DNA of 63,013 nt, filler included, from Globobulimina sp. (Eukaryota): the NCBI GenBank assembly GCA_003354225.1. It is 25 parts of 25 records of this genome, joined end to end, with 100 filler letters (N's around TTAATTAATTAA, not from the genome) between each part and the next. Parts side by side here need not be neighbours in the genome. Positions count along the whole stretch, not along the records: positions 22,733 to 25,157 come from PIVH01006755.1; positions 25,258 to 27,682 come from PIVH01006756.1; positions 27,783 to 30,207 come from PIVH01006757.1; positions 30,308 to 32,732 come from PIVH01006758.1; positions 32,833 to 35,256 come from PIVH01006759.1; 20 more parts are not named here. One strand, given 5' to 3'. The notes under the pieces were generated by a model, which saw nothing but the letters and a program-made list of their open reading frames with translations, did no database searches and was not told the DNA's origin. Of the stretch, positions 24,351 to 35,356 are shown one piece after another; the stretch's first letter is position 1, and each line of letters starts with the position of its first letter. The translations under genes and the position numbers were made by a program.

Positions 24351-25157
24351 ATGAAGCAGAATAACGGCAAGGTTGATGTTGGGATATTGGCGGGTCTGAT
24401 AGTGGGTCTAGCCATTGTTGGGGGCTTTGCGAGCGTTGTATTGCTTGATACGACAGGCGAGAATGGCTCGGGTTTGGGTTCTGAGTTCGGTTACGATATC
24501 AGTGAGATTTCCAGAGTCGATCCGGAGCTGATTGTTTATAAGGAGTCTCTGGGTTTTTCAACGGGTCTGGTTGCTTCCAGGGGTATTACTGTCGGTCCGA
24601 GCGGGGATGTTTATGTTGTGGGTGACAGGGCGGTTCGGATTTATAATCGTAACGGCGAGGTTAGCGGGGCTCTTCGTCTGAGCAGTGATGGGGGTTGTGT
24701 TGCGGTCGGTGATGACGGGATGATATACGTCGGTCTGACCGATCACGTTGAGGTTTATAACGGTGACGGGAGGCGGCTGGTTATCTGGGGCAGTCGGGGT
24801 GAAAAGGCATTGCTTTCGAGTATTGCGGTCGGTGAGGATTATGTTTTTGTTGCCGACGCGGGTAATCGTGTGGTTGTGCGGTATAATATGGAGGGGGAGG
24901 TTTCGGGTCTGATCGACGGCAAGGATGAGGATGGTGCGGGGGGCTTTGTGATTCCGAGCAGGTACTTTGATGTTGCGGTCGATGGGCGTGGTCGTTTGCA
25001 GGTTGTCGATCCGGGGAGGCATTTGATTATTACCTATGACAATCAGGGGCGTGAGCTTTCTTCGTGGGGCGAGGGCGGAGTCGCGATCGAGGGGTTTTGC
25101 GGGTGTTGTAACCCGGTGAATATTTCCGTGCTTCGAGATGGCGGTTTTGTGACTGTC
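24351..25157 (+). CDS. Bacterial NHL/beta-propeller protein with an N-terminal TM and a GCCNP motif, 3'-partial
   Basis: GAGG upstream of ATG 24351; higher GC; NHL repeats (GITVGPSGDVYV, VAVGDDGMIYV, VFVADAGNRVV, VVDPGRH); FVIPSRYFDV; EGFCGCCNP. Confidence 0.85.
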
Positions 25158-25257
25158 NNNNNNNNNNNNNNNNNNNNNNNNNNNNNNNNNNNNNNNNNNN
25201 NTTAATTAATTAANNNNNNNNNNNNNNNNNNNNNNNNNNNNNNNNNNNNNNNNNNNN

Positions 25258-26834
25258 AGAAATTAAATCCTTTTTCAGTGGAAAAGTTTGTCAGAAGCTG
25301 CGGAATTATGTCAACAATATTTTGTGGCTTATGTCTGATTCCAGTGTGCCGCAGCAGTGTAATACTAAAATATTGTTTTGGATTAACGTTTGAATCTGCA
25401 ATGAAATACCATCGTTTTCTGGGTATGTTAATGGTTTTATTTGCTTGCATACATTTCATTGGCTTTCTGTTATTGTTAATTGGCAATAACTATTACGGTG
25501 CGATACATATATTTTCGCAGCAAATGCCATTTACAAATGCCTCCATATACCATGGCGACAATTGGACCATATCTTTGATGCAAGTTATTGTGTTATTTGT
25601 GTTTCTGCCGTTTATTGTTACGTTTTCCAGCAAGATACGACGGAAATGTTGGGAAATATTTTATTTTGTGCACATCTATGGAACAATGGTGATTGTGATT
25701 GGTTTGCTGTACCATGCGAGTCAAGCGTGGTACTTTATGCTTCCTGGCTTAGTGTTGCAATTTTATGAGAGGTTGTGTCGGTTATATGCATGCTCGCGGA
25801 CAAATGTACAGATATTATCATTAAAAGCATTGGCAGTCAGTGATATTGTGCGATTGCGATTAAATATTTGTAATCATCATCCAATGACAACGTTGTGTTC
25901 ATATTATTTTCTAAATATACCACATATTGCCCCGTTTGAGTGGCATCCTTTCAGTGTCATGAATGTATTGAATAGTGGATACAGTGAGTTTTATATTAAA
26001 AATATGGGGGGTTTCTCCTCGAAATTGTTACAATTAACCTATGCAAACAGAAAACTGTTCAATAAGATGGACATTTTGATTGAAGGACCATTTGGATGCG
26101 ATGTAGATTATCATTCGTATCATAGATTGATATTAATTGCTGGAGGAATAGGCATTACACCGTTGCATTGTTTATTTTTCACATTGTATAATGAGGCATT
26201 GATTGCAAATCGGCAGCATAACAATGATGAGATGTATATGAATGAGTTGCCATCGATTACGTTAATATGGATCGTGCGCTATGCGGATATGTTTGAGATT
26301 TATAAGAAATCTTTTCGGAAATTTAAACGTTTCGAGAAGCAGTTGTCAAATATGAAAATATCACTGTATGCAACAAGAGAGGAAGTTCGATATCCGGCCA
26401 CTATGCATTGTGTGGACAGATATAATTTGTATAATAATAACCGCATCGTTGAAGAAGATGAGGAGGAAGAAGAGGATGGCAGTGATTATGAGGATGATGC
26501 ATTGCATATAAGTCAAAGTGGTCAAAGTCAAAGTAGCAGCAATACAAAATTTGGATTGCAATCATTGCATAGCAGTATAAAGGACGCGCGGGATAAGAAA
26601 AACAAAAATTTCTCACAAAAGGGTGCATCCAATAGGAAGGGAATACGTACTGTCGAATGTCCAATAAAATGGGAAATTGGTCGTCCGGATTTATTTCAAG
26701 AATTAAGGTATTTGGATCGCTTGAAAAGCAAAGCAATGATATATGTTTGCGGTCCGTCAGAGTTAGTAAAAACCTGCAAAGAGTTAGCACATTTGTATGG
26801 CAATCATTTTAAAAAGGAATCATTCATCTTTTGA
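25258..26834 (+). CDS. Ferric reductase / NADPH-oxidase-like flavocytochrome (FRE family), 5'-partial
   Basis: Heme His pairs (YHRFLG..H, FYFVH..YH), FAD motif FEWHPFS, EGPFG, LIAGGIGITP, YVCGP, C-terminal ESF. Confidence 0.92.
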
Positions 26835-26864
26835 TGGTTTCTATTTATGTGTATATATAATGAT

Positions 26865-27682
26865 TCACAACAGAATCGGGTGTGCTTCTGTGTTGAAGAC
26901 ATACTTATCGAGAGGTACTAAGTCAGCATCACTGAACAGCAGATATAAATACTTTAATGTCTCCGATAAAAAAAAGCTATGCATAACCAAAACATGATCC
27001 AGTCCCGATCGAAATATCCTTGCTTTTGCCGAGTTTACCTTATCGATGGGCGCATAGCCTCTTCCCTTGACATCATTTATCCGGCAATTCCTTTCTATCG
27101 CATCATATATTTCGTAGCCATAAGTCCTATATTTTGCATCTTTTGTGATTCTATATAAATAAAACAATGATTCCACGGTCTCTGGTCGCAACAGATAATA
27201 ATCAGCACCGCCGCCCGGATGCATTCCTTCCGCATTAAATATCACATATTCTGGTGCCAATCCAGATGTTGTTTGGTGCCACATTTGATAGCAAGTTTCC
27301 GTTAATTCTATAGCAGCATTCAAATATTTCTCCGACTTTCTTTGGTTTTGCGTGATATTTACGGTTGAAGCAAGCGCTAAATTACCACCAACAAAACAGG
27401 CCAGTTCATCCATTTTTGCATTGAAATTGTTTTTATCAATTTCAGCAATATAATATAATCCGCTGTATCTATTATATTTATACAATGTATCAAGCATTGC
27501 ATCCACCGCAGTAACGTACATTCGTTGATATTGTTTTGCTCGCTTTTCGGCGTAAAAATATCCCAAGTCTCTCGCACGTTTTTTACGTGAAAACTGCTCA
27601 TAAATCCATAGCTTTAATAGGTACTCATAAAAGGAATCGCCCATAGCTCCCCATCGATAAATATCTGACGCAAAACTGCCAT
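26865..27682 (-). CDS. GH47 class I alpha-1,2-mannosidase, C-terminal part
   Basis: GAMGDSFYEYLLK, SGLAPE, YLLRPETVESLFYLYR, SFFLSETLKYLYLLF, FNTEAHP. Confidence 0.95.
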
Positions 27683-28089
27683 NNNNNNNNNNNNNNNNNN
27701 NNNNNNNNNNNNNNNNNNNNNNNNNNTTAATTAATTAANNNNNNNNNNNNNNNNNNNNNNNNNNNNNNNNNNNNNNNNNNNNTAATGTGGTATATTGACA
27801 TATGATACCCCCCTATAACTGAAAACCTCTTTGTATTATTCTTAACCTAAGTTCTTACTTACTTACTTAGCCATCCCTTACTAAACTTAAGGAATACCAT
27901 ATTCTGAACAATAAGTAAGTGTAGGAAGCAAAAATGCAATTTTGATTTATAAATATAACAAAAAAAAAACTATTTACTACCGTGAGAAAAGAAACAAATG
28001 AAAAAAGATAAAAAATTAAAAAATATTTTTTTAAAAAAAATAACACACAAAATACAAAACAAAAAAACAATAAGCACAATTTCTATAAT

Positions 28090-30207
28090 TTATGCAAATA
28101 TTCTCCACATTCTCCAATTATTTGCATTGATATTGGCGCCTAACCCCAACAACGACGACAATGGTTTTTTCACCGTCGACCATTTATTATCTCTCGTGTC
28201 CAAATACTCGACGGTCCCAACTTCGTTTTTCAACACACCCGACCCCGCACAGCATATAATCTGCGGACTGCGCACATTCTTGATCCACACCGCCGGCTTA
28301 TACCTATGCTTATAATTGGTATTGGGCAATTTTATCCATTTCTGCTTCACCAATTCGAAATATTCCGTGGCGAAATGTGCCTCGGTATTAAAGCCACCAA
28401 CAATGACCACCGAATTATTGGCAGTCCACTCACAAATCCCCGCCGCGTTATGCTTGGCATGCATCGGCGCCAAATTGATCCATTTATTCGCCTCAAAGTT
28501 ATACAGCTCGCTCGTCCGTAAGCAGCCATTGCTCCATCCACCGCAAATAATGACATACTCCCTTCCCAATATATTGCGGTCATTAAACAAACACATCGCG
28601 GTATCCTCCCTCGCCCGCAATATCGGCGCCAAATTCTTCCATTCCAACGTGATATTAAATGTCGTATTCATCGGATACGACTTATCATTGTTACTCTTAT
28701 TATCATCCCGATTGTTATACGTTATATTCACATCTTCGTCGCGGATCTTCAGCTGATTCACCGCATTGATTTGGTTCTTATCCACGCCGCTGCCGCCCAC
28801 CACCACTAAGCCATGGCGCTGCGAGTAGACGCACTCGCAATTGTACCTCTTCGTAGGTAGATTCGGGAAGCAATTCAATTTGTAGCCAATCAACTGCTGC
28901 ATGGGGATGGCGTTGTGCGTGGCCAGGCTGTGCGTGTTGGGCAAGTAATGGTTGTCCAACAAGATAGCGTCGCAGCGAGAGGTGACTTTCTTGTCGCGGA
29001 TGAGATGTCCGCCGCAGCGGAAGATGATGCTATCCAACCTCTCACGGTTAAAAGCATCCAGATTCGGATACTTCTTCATTAACCAGATGGGGATAGAAAA
29101 GGTGTTATTTACGTGCGCCACGCCCAAATCCCCAACGTCCCACTGGTCCGATTGCGTGGGGTCGTACACTGCGGCCGCTGTGCCCGAGGTAGACACCGCG
29201 GCTTTCTCCTCGCTGCTTTTGTTTGTATTTTGGACCTGTTTGTTATGACTGACCCGGCTGATGTCGTAGATGCGTATTTGAGTTCGACACTCGTTTTGTA
29301 AGTTGACCGTGAATAATTGGTTATATTTATGCTTCCAGAACTTATGCGAACCGCATAAGATCCAGATGTTATCGTCGCTAATCCGCGCGATGTGATTCAA
29401 ATATCGCACCCTCGCAAGCGTCTTGGTTTGCTGTTTGTGCATTGTGTCGATGAGTTTGTTTTTGTCGGCCAATTTGCGGTTTAATTGCTTGGTTTTCTGC
29501 AATAACAACAGCAAATGTTGCGGTTGGGCGTGGATTAAATGCTGTTTTAGTGTCTGGCTTTGGTTCTCGTTCTGGTTCGGGTTCGGCTCCGAATCAGCAT
29601 CGATTTTATGGTCGTCGATTTTTAACTTTGTAGTGCAGCCATAATCCGCGAAAGGACAACGGATAAATTGGGTGTGTTCAAGTTGATGTTTATCCAAATT
29701 CTTTAATTGATCGATCCACGAACAACCTCCATGGATACCGTTGGAAGTGGAATAGGGACATTTTACTTTTAGCGCTTGGATGTGATATGACATGTATTTG
29801 GAAGAGGAGTATTTCAAATTTATATGTTCCGGATGGATGGGACATTTATTGCCATGAATATCAAAATATTTCTTTACACAATATTCACAGCAGAGATGTC
29901 GCTTTTTTTTACAGGTTAATTCCACCGCGACGCGACACACATTTTCGCAGATTATGCAGAGATATTTATAGGCGATGTCTCGGTCTACAAAATAGGAGAT
30001 GTCATAGCCTGTTTTGTGCGCCACGGCTAATTCGGCTTCGTTTTCTGTTTGGATTTGTTTTATAGAGCCTCTGCGTTTGTTCATTTCTATATGTGGTGGA
30101 CTGCGCGCGATGAATACAGATTTGCTGCGTTTCTTGTCCTTATTTGGGGTGTTTGGAGGCAATGATAAGGACGCATTGGTTCTGGGTGGCAGTTTTGGAG
30201 GTGGTTG
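28090..30207 (-). CDS. RING/TRAF-type zinc finger + coiled coil + Kelch-repeat protein, possibly 5'-partial
   Basis: YLCIICENVC...HLCCEYC...CP, VKCPYS...CSWIDQLKNLDKH, CPFADYGC; Kelch repeats (VVVGG, ICGGW..SELYNFEANKW, IVGGF..EYFELVKQKW, EYLDTRDNKW). Confidence 0.85.
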   Translation of the reverse strand, partial: QPPPKLPPRTNASLSLPPNTPNKDKKRSKSVFIARSPPHIEMNKRRGSIKQIQTENEAELAVAHKTGYDISYFVDRDIAYKYLCIICENVCRVAVELTCKKKRHLCCEYCVKKYFDIHGNKCPIHPEHINLKYSSSKYMSYHIQALKVKCPYSTSNGIHGGCSWIDQLKNLDKHQLEHTQFIRCPFADYGCTTKLKIDDHKIDADSEPNPNQNENQSQTLKQHLIHAQPQHLLLLLQKTKQLNRKLADKNKLIDTMHKQQTKTLARVRYLNHIARISDDNIWILCGSHKFWKHKYNQLFTVNLQNECRTQIRIYDISRVSHNKQVQNTNKSSEEKAAVSTSGTAAAVYDPTQSDQWDVGDLGVAHVNNTFSIPIWLMKKYPNLDAFNRERLDSIIFRCGGHLIRDKKVTSRCDAILLDNHYLPNTHSLATHNAIPMQQLIGYKLNCFPNLPTKRYNCECVYSQRHGLVVVGGSGVDKNQINAVNQLKIRDEDVNITYNNRDDNKSNNDKSYPMNTTFNITLEWKNLAPILRAREDTAMCLFNDRNILGREYVIICGGWSNGCLRTSELYNFEANKWINLAPMHAKHNAAGICEWTANNSVVIVGGFNTEAHFATEYFELVKQKWIKLPNTNYKHRYKPAVWIKNVRSPQIICCAGSGVLKNEVGTVEYLDTRDNKWSTVKKPLSSLLGLGANINANNWRMWRIFA

Positions 30208-30307
30208 NNNNNNNNNNNNNNNNNNNNNNNNNNNNNNNNNNNNNNNNNNNNTTAATTAATTAANNNNNNNNNNNNNNNNNNNNNNNNNNNNNNNNNNNNN
30301 NNNNNNN

Positions 30308-30360
30308 TCAACTTCGAATACTAGGTCATCCAATACTAGGTCAACTTCGAATACTAGGTT
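30308..30360. repeat. Short tandem repeat of an AATACTAGGT unit
   Basis: TCAACTTCGAATACTAGGT twice, separated by CATCCAATACTAGG. Confidence 0.7.
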
Positions 30361-30439
30361 GAAAACCACTCTAGCTAACCAAAAACCTTGCCAATCGTTG
30401 AAATGAAATGAAACGAAACTAAGCCAAAAAAGTTAAATG

Positions 30440-32710
30440 TCACGAATTACGTAATTTAAATAATGGACATTGCCCAGTAATATTTTGCATTATATTCTGA
30501 ATAAGAAGTGGTTGATTCGTACATATTACGTCGGGGTTAAACATCAAGGCTTTGAGCAATGGCCCATATGAGTCTCCTTTATGAATTTGTTTTATTTCAT
30601 GAATACATACACTTCCGCCTGGCATTCCAATTTGACTGTAAATATTGTTAATTTCACACATTTCTATAAATTGCTGAGTTACGGCTTTATTAAATACTGA
30701 GATGTCCGTCAACTTCCAATGTAATGCACTATCAATTAATTGCTTTGCTTGATAATACGTCAATTCCCTCCCTTTATTGTCACCCGTTATTAATGCTAAA
30801 CGAATATCATTTGGTTTCTGTTTATATCCCATTTGTTTCATAAAGTTTGACAAACGCGGTGCCTCAAACGATGATATTATTAATCTGTTTAATGGGAAAT
30901 CGATTTCTTTTAATAATCTGACTAAAAAATAAACCAATTTGTCATTTTTATCATTGTATCTCTTCAAACATTGACTGGAATTAAATAATAATTTATCGTT
31001 GCATTTCATAGCTAAGTTATAATTCGTATTTTGTTTCAATTCAATTTGAAAATATATGTCATTTACATGATTCTTGTTAAAATATAATAATATTTCCTGC
31101 AATGATGATATTGAATTATCTGCATTTCCATCGTACCAATACAGCTCATTTCTTTTTATTTCCTCAAAAGTCAACTCATTGATGTTAATGTTCTCATTCT
31201 CATATTGCATTTGCTTATTTTTGCACCCCTCCCACAATAATTTATGAGCGTGATGCACAATAATAATATGATCAGACGTCAATGCTATATCACATTCAAT
31301 ATATTTAATATTTTGCTCAAAATAGGCATATTTGAAATTTTCCAATGTATTTTCAGCATATTTATTATTGATATTTATTGTGTATCCCATGCCTCGATGC
31401 CCCATAATTTTTGTATTGAAATAGTTATTTTGGTGCTGCTTTAAACAATCTTTTGGTTTATAATATTTTTCAAATAACGGTGAAGGTTTTAAGTCAAAAT
31501 ACTGCGAAAATAAAATAAATAATATTCGAACAGATATTGATGAATAATTATATGTCCATTTATGTGTAAAATCTTGTATTGCCATTTGTTTTTGTTCATT
31601 GATGCGATGAATTGTATTATTGATATGTTTAAAGTCATCAATGGTAACATGTGGGGTTAGATGCAATTGTATTTCATGATAAATGTACTTAACTGGTATA
31701 TGATAATAACAATATTGATATATTGGATAAAATGATGTTAAGTCAATATCAGAATACGATCGAAATAAATGATTGACGGTATTTAATAATTTGAATGGAA
31801 ACAGTTGCCATAAAATCTCAATTTTGGTTTTATTCCATATTCGCATGAGATGCGGTGCCCATTTTATTCGAACTGTTTCCTTTTTATCACAAAGTTTATC
31901 TGCAATTTCTTGTTCAATGGGTAAAGACCAGGCTTTTCTTGTATTTCTTGCAACATTTCGCAACCAATTTATTCCAGATTTATTTTGAAAATCATAGATA
32001 TCATTTAAATATATTTCCGATCTTAGCAACATATCGTCATCCATTTGAATGAAAACCTGCGATAAATTTCTAATTTTATGCAGACACAAATACATTGAAT
32101 GACTGTTAAATGTTCCATATGTTTGTAAATGAGTAATGTTTAAATTATTTATGTTCAAAATATTTGAATAATGTGTAATACATTCAACAATCAATTTGTT
32201 TGAGTCTATAATGATTAGTTTGTTAATATTATGATTGAGCCAATCTGGAACATTCCCATTATCGCTCACAATGTATACATTTCCAACCCATTGAGACGTT
32301 TTATTTTTATTTTTTATTCCATATTTATATAATGATCGCAATGACAGTCCCAATTCACCTCTATCAGTTTGCGGTGAATATATTGAATTTGGAGGCGATC
32401 CGTAATCAATAATATCATTGTCATTATTCTCTATGTTTTGTAAAAATTGAGTCGCTTTCTTCCTTCGATTTGTATAATCAATGTCCGATCCATTACACCA
32501 TAAATAAACAATATCAATCAGCATTTGATTGTTGTGTTTATTGTGTAAGTATTTGTGTTCATTATTGTGGTCAACAAATATTATGCTGTGATTAACAAAT
32601 ACATTGCCAAATAAATGAAACATGGATAACATTACAAGTAGATATATGCAAATACGATAACAATAATATTTGTGGAGTGCAAAAGTACGCGTGCCATGGT
32701 TTGATTGCAT
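30440..32710 (-). CDS. Type II membrane Stealth-family hexose-1-phosphate transferase fused to a C-terminal glycerophosphodiester phosphodiesterase (GDPD) domain
   Basis: N-terminal TM; Stealth CR1 IDIVYLWCNGSD; CR2 ELGLSLRSL..WVGNVYIV..VPDWLN..TFNSHS..FIQMDDD; GDPD KIMGHRG, ENTLENF, IECD..HH, IELK, ISSF, ICTNQP; one uninterrupted 756-aa ORF. Confidence 0.85.
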   Translation of the reverse strand: MQSNHGTRTFALHKYYCYRICIYLLVMLSMFHLFGNVFVNHSIIFVDHNNEHKYLHNKHNNQMLIDIVYLWCNGSDIDYTNRRKKATQFLQNIENNDNDIIDYGSPPNSIYSPQTDRGELGLSLRSLYKYGIKNKNKTSQWVGNVYIVSDNGNVPDWLNHNINKLIIIDSNKLIVECITHYSNILNINNLNITHLQTYGTFNSHSMYLCLHKIRNLSQVFIQMDDDMLLRSEIYLNDIYDFQNKSGINWLRNVARNTRKAWSLPIEQEIADKLCDKKETVRIKWAPHLMRIWNKTKIEILWQLFPFKLLNTVNHLFRSYSDIDLTSFYPIYQYCYYHIPVKYIYHEIQLHLTPHVTIDDFKHINNTIHRINEQKQMAIQDFTHKWTYNYSSISVRILFILFSQYFDLKPSPLFEKYYKPKDCLKQHQNNYFNTKIMGHRGMGYTININNKYAENTLENFKYAYFEQNIKYIECDIALTSDHIIIVHHAHKLLWEGCKNKQMQYENENININELTFEEIKRNELYWYDGNADNSISSLQEILLYFNKNHVNDIYFQIELKQNTNYNLAMKCNDKLLFNSSQCLKRYNDKNDKLVYFLVRLLKEIDFPLNRLIISSFEAPRLSNFMKQMGYKQKPNDIRLALITGDNKGRELTYYQAKQLIDSALHWKLTDISVFNKAVTQQFIEMCEINNIYSQIGMPGGSVCIHEIKQIHKGDSYGPLLKALMFNPDVICTNQPLLIQNIMQNITGQCPLFKLRNS

Positions 32711-32832
32711 TGTGATTGTCAGTTGAACTTGANNNNNNNNNNNNNNNNNNNNNNNNNNNNNNNNNNNNNNNNNNNNTTAATTAATTAANNNNNNNNNNNN
32801 NNNNNNNNNNNNNNNNNNNNNNNNNNNNNNNN

Positions 32833-33473
32833 CGCCTTCCTTTCTTTGGTTGGTATTTAAACATATTGTATATACGGAGACAGGTGAAGCAGTTAAAACT
32901 GATGGAAGAGGATATTGGGTGTCATGCACAAATTGCGAGGATAAAAAGAACGGATTAATATCTATGAATAAAGATGCATCAACAAACACATTACATTCTC
33001 ATATTAAAAATAAATGCACCAAAACAAATAGAAACAGTGCATCAATCAAACAATATTTCGGAGATCAAAATAAAAAAATTAAATGGAGCAAAGCTGAAAA
33101 GGATATGATTAGGAATGATATGGTTATATTTTGCGCGTTGAATGGTAAAAATTTTGATTTGAAAAAAGAATATGGATTCAAAAAATTATGCAAAGATATT
33201 TTCAATATGGGCGTAAAAAAAAATAATTTTATACAAAGCATAGATGGCTTATTGCCTGATCGGAGAACGGTATCTGAGGATTGTGAGAGCTGTGGACAGA
33301 GAGCGAAGATCGAATTGGTGCGTGATATTATTGCAACTGAATTAAATTCTGACTGTCCTGCACTTGGTTTAACTGCGGATCTATGGAAAGAAAAATATAC
33401 ACAATTTTATTATGTTGGTGTTACATTATCATTTTGGAAATCCGATGGAAAGACATTGAACAACAACGGATAG
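32833..33473 (+). mobile_element. hAT (Hermes-like) transposase N-terminal fragment, truncated
   Basis: BED-like finger (WVSCTNC...STNTLHSHIKNKC), Hermes DNA-binding-like segment (F.LKKEYGFKKL...LLPDRRTVS), first catalytic Asp motif LTADLW...YYVGVTL, then a premature stop. Confidence 0.78.
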
Positions 33474-33914
33474 AAACACTTAAATAAATTCAAGTTCACA
33501 CACACACACAGGGACAAACGGGAAGGTGATTATCTGTATATTAATTATTCAGATAATCAAGTTTGAGAAACAAAGTTTCTGACGCTTTGTTTCTTCAGAT
33601 TTTCAATTCGGAGAACAAAAATATATATTATTTTATTCTTCGGATTTCACCCGAAAGAGTCAGAGTAGACATATGTGAAATGTGTGGTCGTGAGCAGAGT
33701 TCAATTCTCTGCCGTTTCTATCTTAGTATTCTTTAAATAAATAAAACCAAATTATTTTAATACCGGAATGTTAACATGTTCCTGTAAATCCCTGCAACTT
33801 TTACTTTTTATTCTGTGGAGTGGGGAGCTCATTTGACGAAAGTAGCTATATAAAGAATGACATTTTGAAGTTGACTCAATCAACTTGCAGTTGCATTTGA
33901 TTCAGTAAATAATA

Positions 33915-35256
33915 TTAAATTAATACATTAAAGGCGGTGTTATCTCTGGTTTTTTGATTGAAAAATACATTGCCTTCAACAATTTCACATTTCCTGCTTT
34001 TGCAATATAATATATCAGATACTCGAAATTCAATTTTAATTCCATTGAAATGATTGTATTCATAATTATCTCTATTCTCTAATTTCTGTCCTCTTTTCAG
34101 TATTTGTTTTGGTGGTGGTGGTATATTCTCATCCTTTTCTTCATCATACTGATATTTGTTATAATTGTTATTTACTATGGTTTTCCGAGCATTTTTCTTG
34201 ATTTTCTTTTTCTTTTTGTTTTTTTTGACTAAAGCATTGATTGAAGCTCTTGGTTTATGACATATGCAACATTTTGAATGATTTATTTTATTATATTTAT
34301 AACATGAAATGCATTGCCATTCATTATTTTCAATCACTCGCTTAAGTCGGCATGATTCGCATTTAATATTATTTATATTGTTTATTGTATCACAAATATC
34401 ACAATTCCATTCCCATTCTTTCATTTTTTTTCTTTTTACTACATTATCAAATGCATTATCACACATTTCGCATTGTTCCGCAGTGACATTATTATCAAAT
34501 GTACATTTATTACATGCTTTTGATGCATTTGTTTTAGTTTCAAATATTTCAGCTGATGATGGTGCGGATGAGGAGTCTGACACTTTGTTGTTATTTGGAG
34601 AGGAACGAGTTGGAACTGCTATTTCTTGCGAATCTAATATTGCTCTCACATTATTACTTTGTTGTACTCGCATGGTCCTATAGCTGAGTACCGATTCCTT
34701 GTGTTTCTTTTTACGTTTTTTCTTTTTTTTTATCGCAATCGCATTATTTTTATATTTTACGTCTTCCAAAAGTGAATTAAGTGATGATGTATTTTGCACA
34801 TTGCTTTTTGTCGCTGTTTCATTATTCAATGATGTATTTTCCTTTGGTTTCTTTTTCTTGTTTATGTGTCTGGGCCGTACAGCAAATCGATTATGTTGCA
34901 ATGCGTTTGTTTTCTTCTTTTTGTTTCTTCTCTCAGTATTATTTGATGAATATGCAATTTGTGCTGAATAATAATTAATGATAAGACTGATAAGTGTTGT
35001 TATGAGTGGTTGTATTTGTAAGATAACAGTTGATTTAATATATTTTAAGGATTCCATGAATTTCTGTCGTGCAATGAATTCAATCATTCTTCGTTGATAA
35101 GGATACAGTTTCCATAAATATGTATGATTATGATCGTATCGACACAAACCACATTGTTTTGAGTTCTCTGGGTTTGCATATTCATAATTATTCAAACACT
35201 TTGTATGAAATATATGGCCACATTCAATTAGCATTATATTCATATCCGGTGTATGT
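33915..35256 (-). CDS. RING finger + three RanBP2-type zinc finger protein, 5'-partial
   Basis: ECGHIFHTKCL...CGLCR; ACNKCTFDN..CEMC, WNCDICDTIN..CESC, WQCISCYKYN..CCIC; Lys-rich segments. Confidence 0.8.
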
Positions 35257-35356
35257 NNNNNNNNNNNNNNNNNNNNNNNNNNNNNNNNNNNNNNNNNNNN
35301 TTAATTAATTAANNNNNNNNNNNNNNNNNNNNNNNNNNNNNNNNNNNNNNNNNNNN

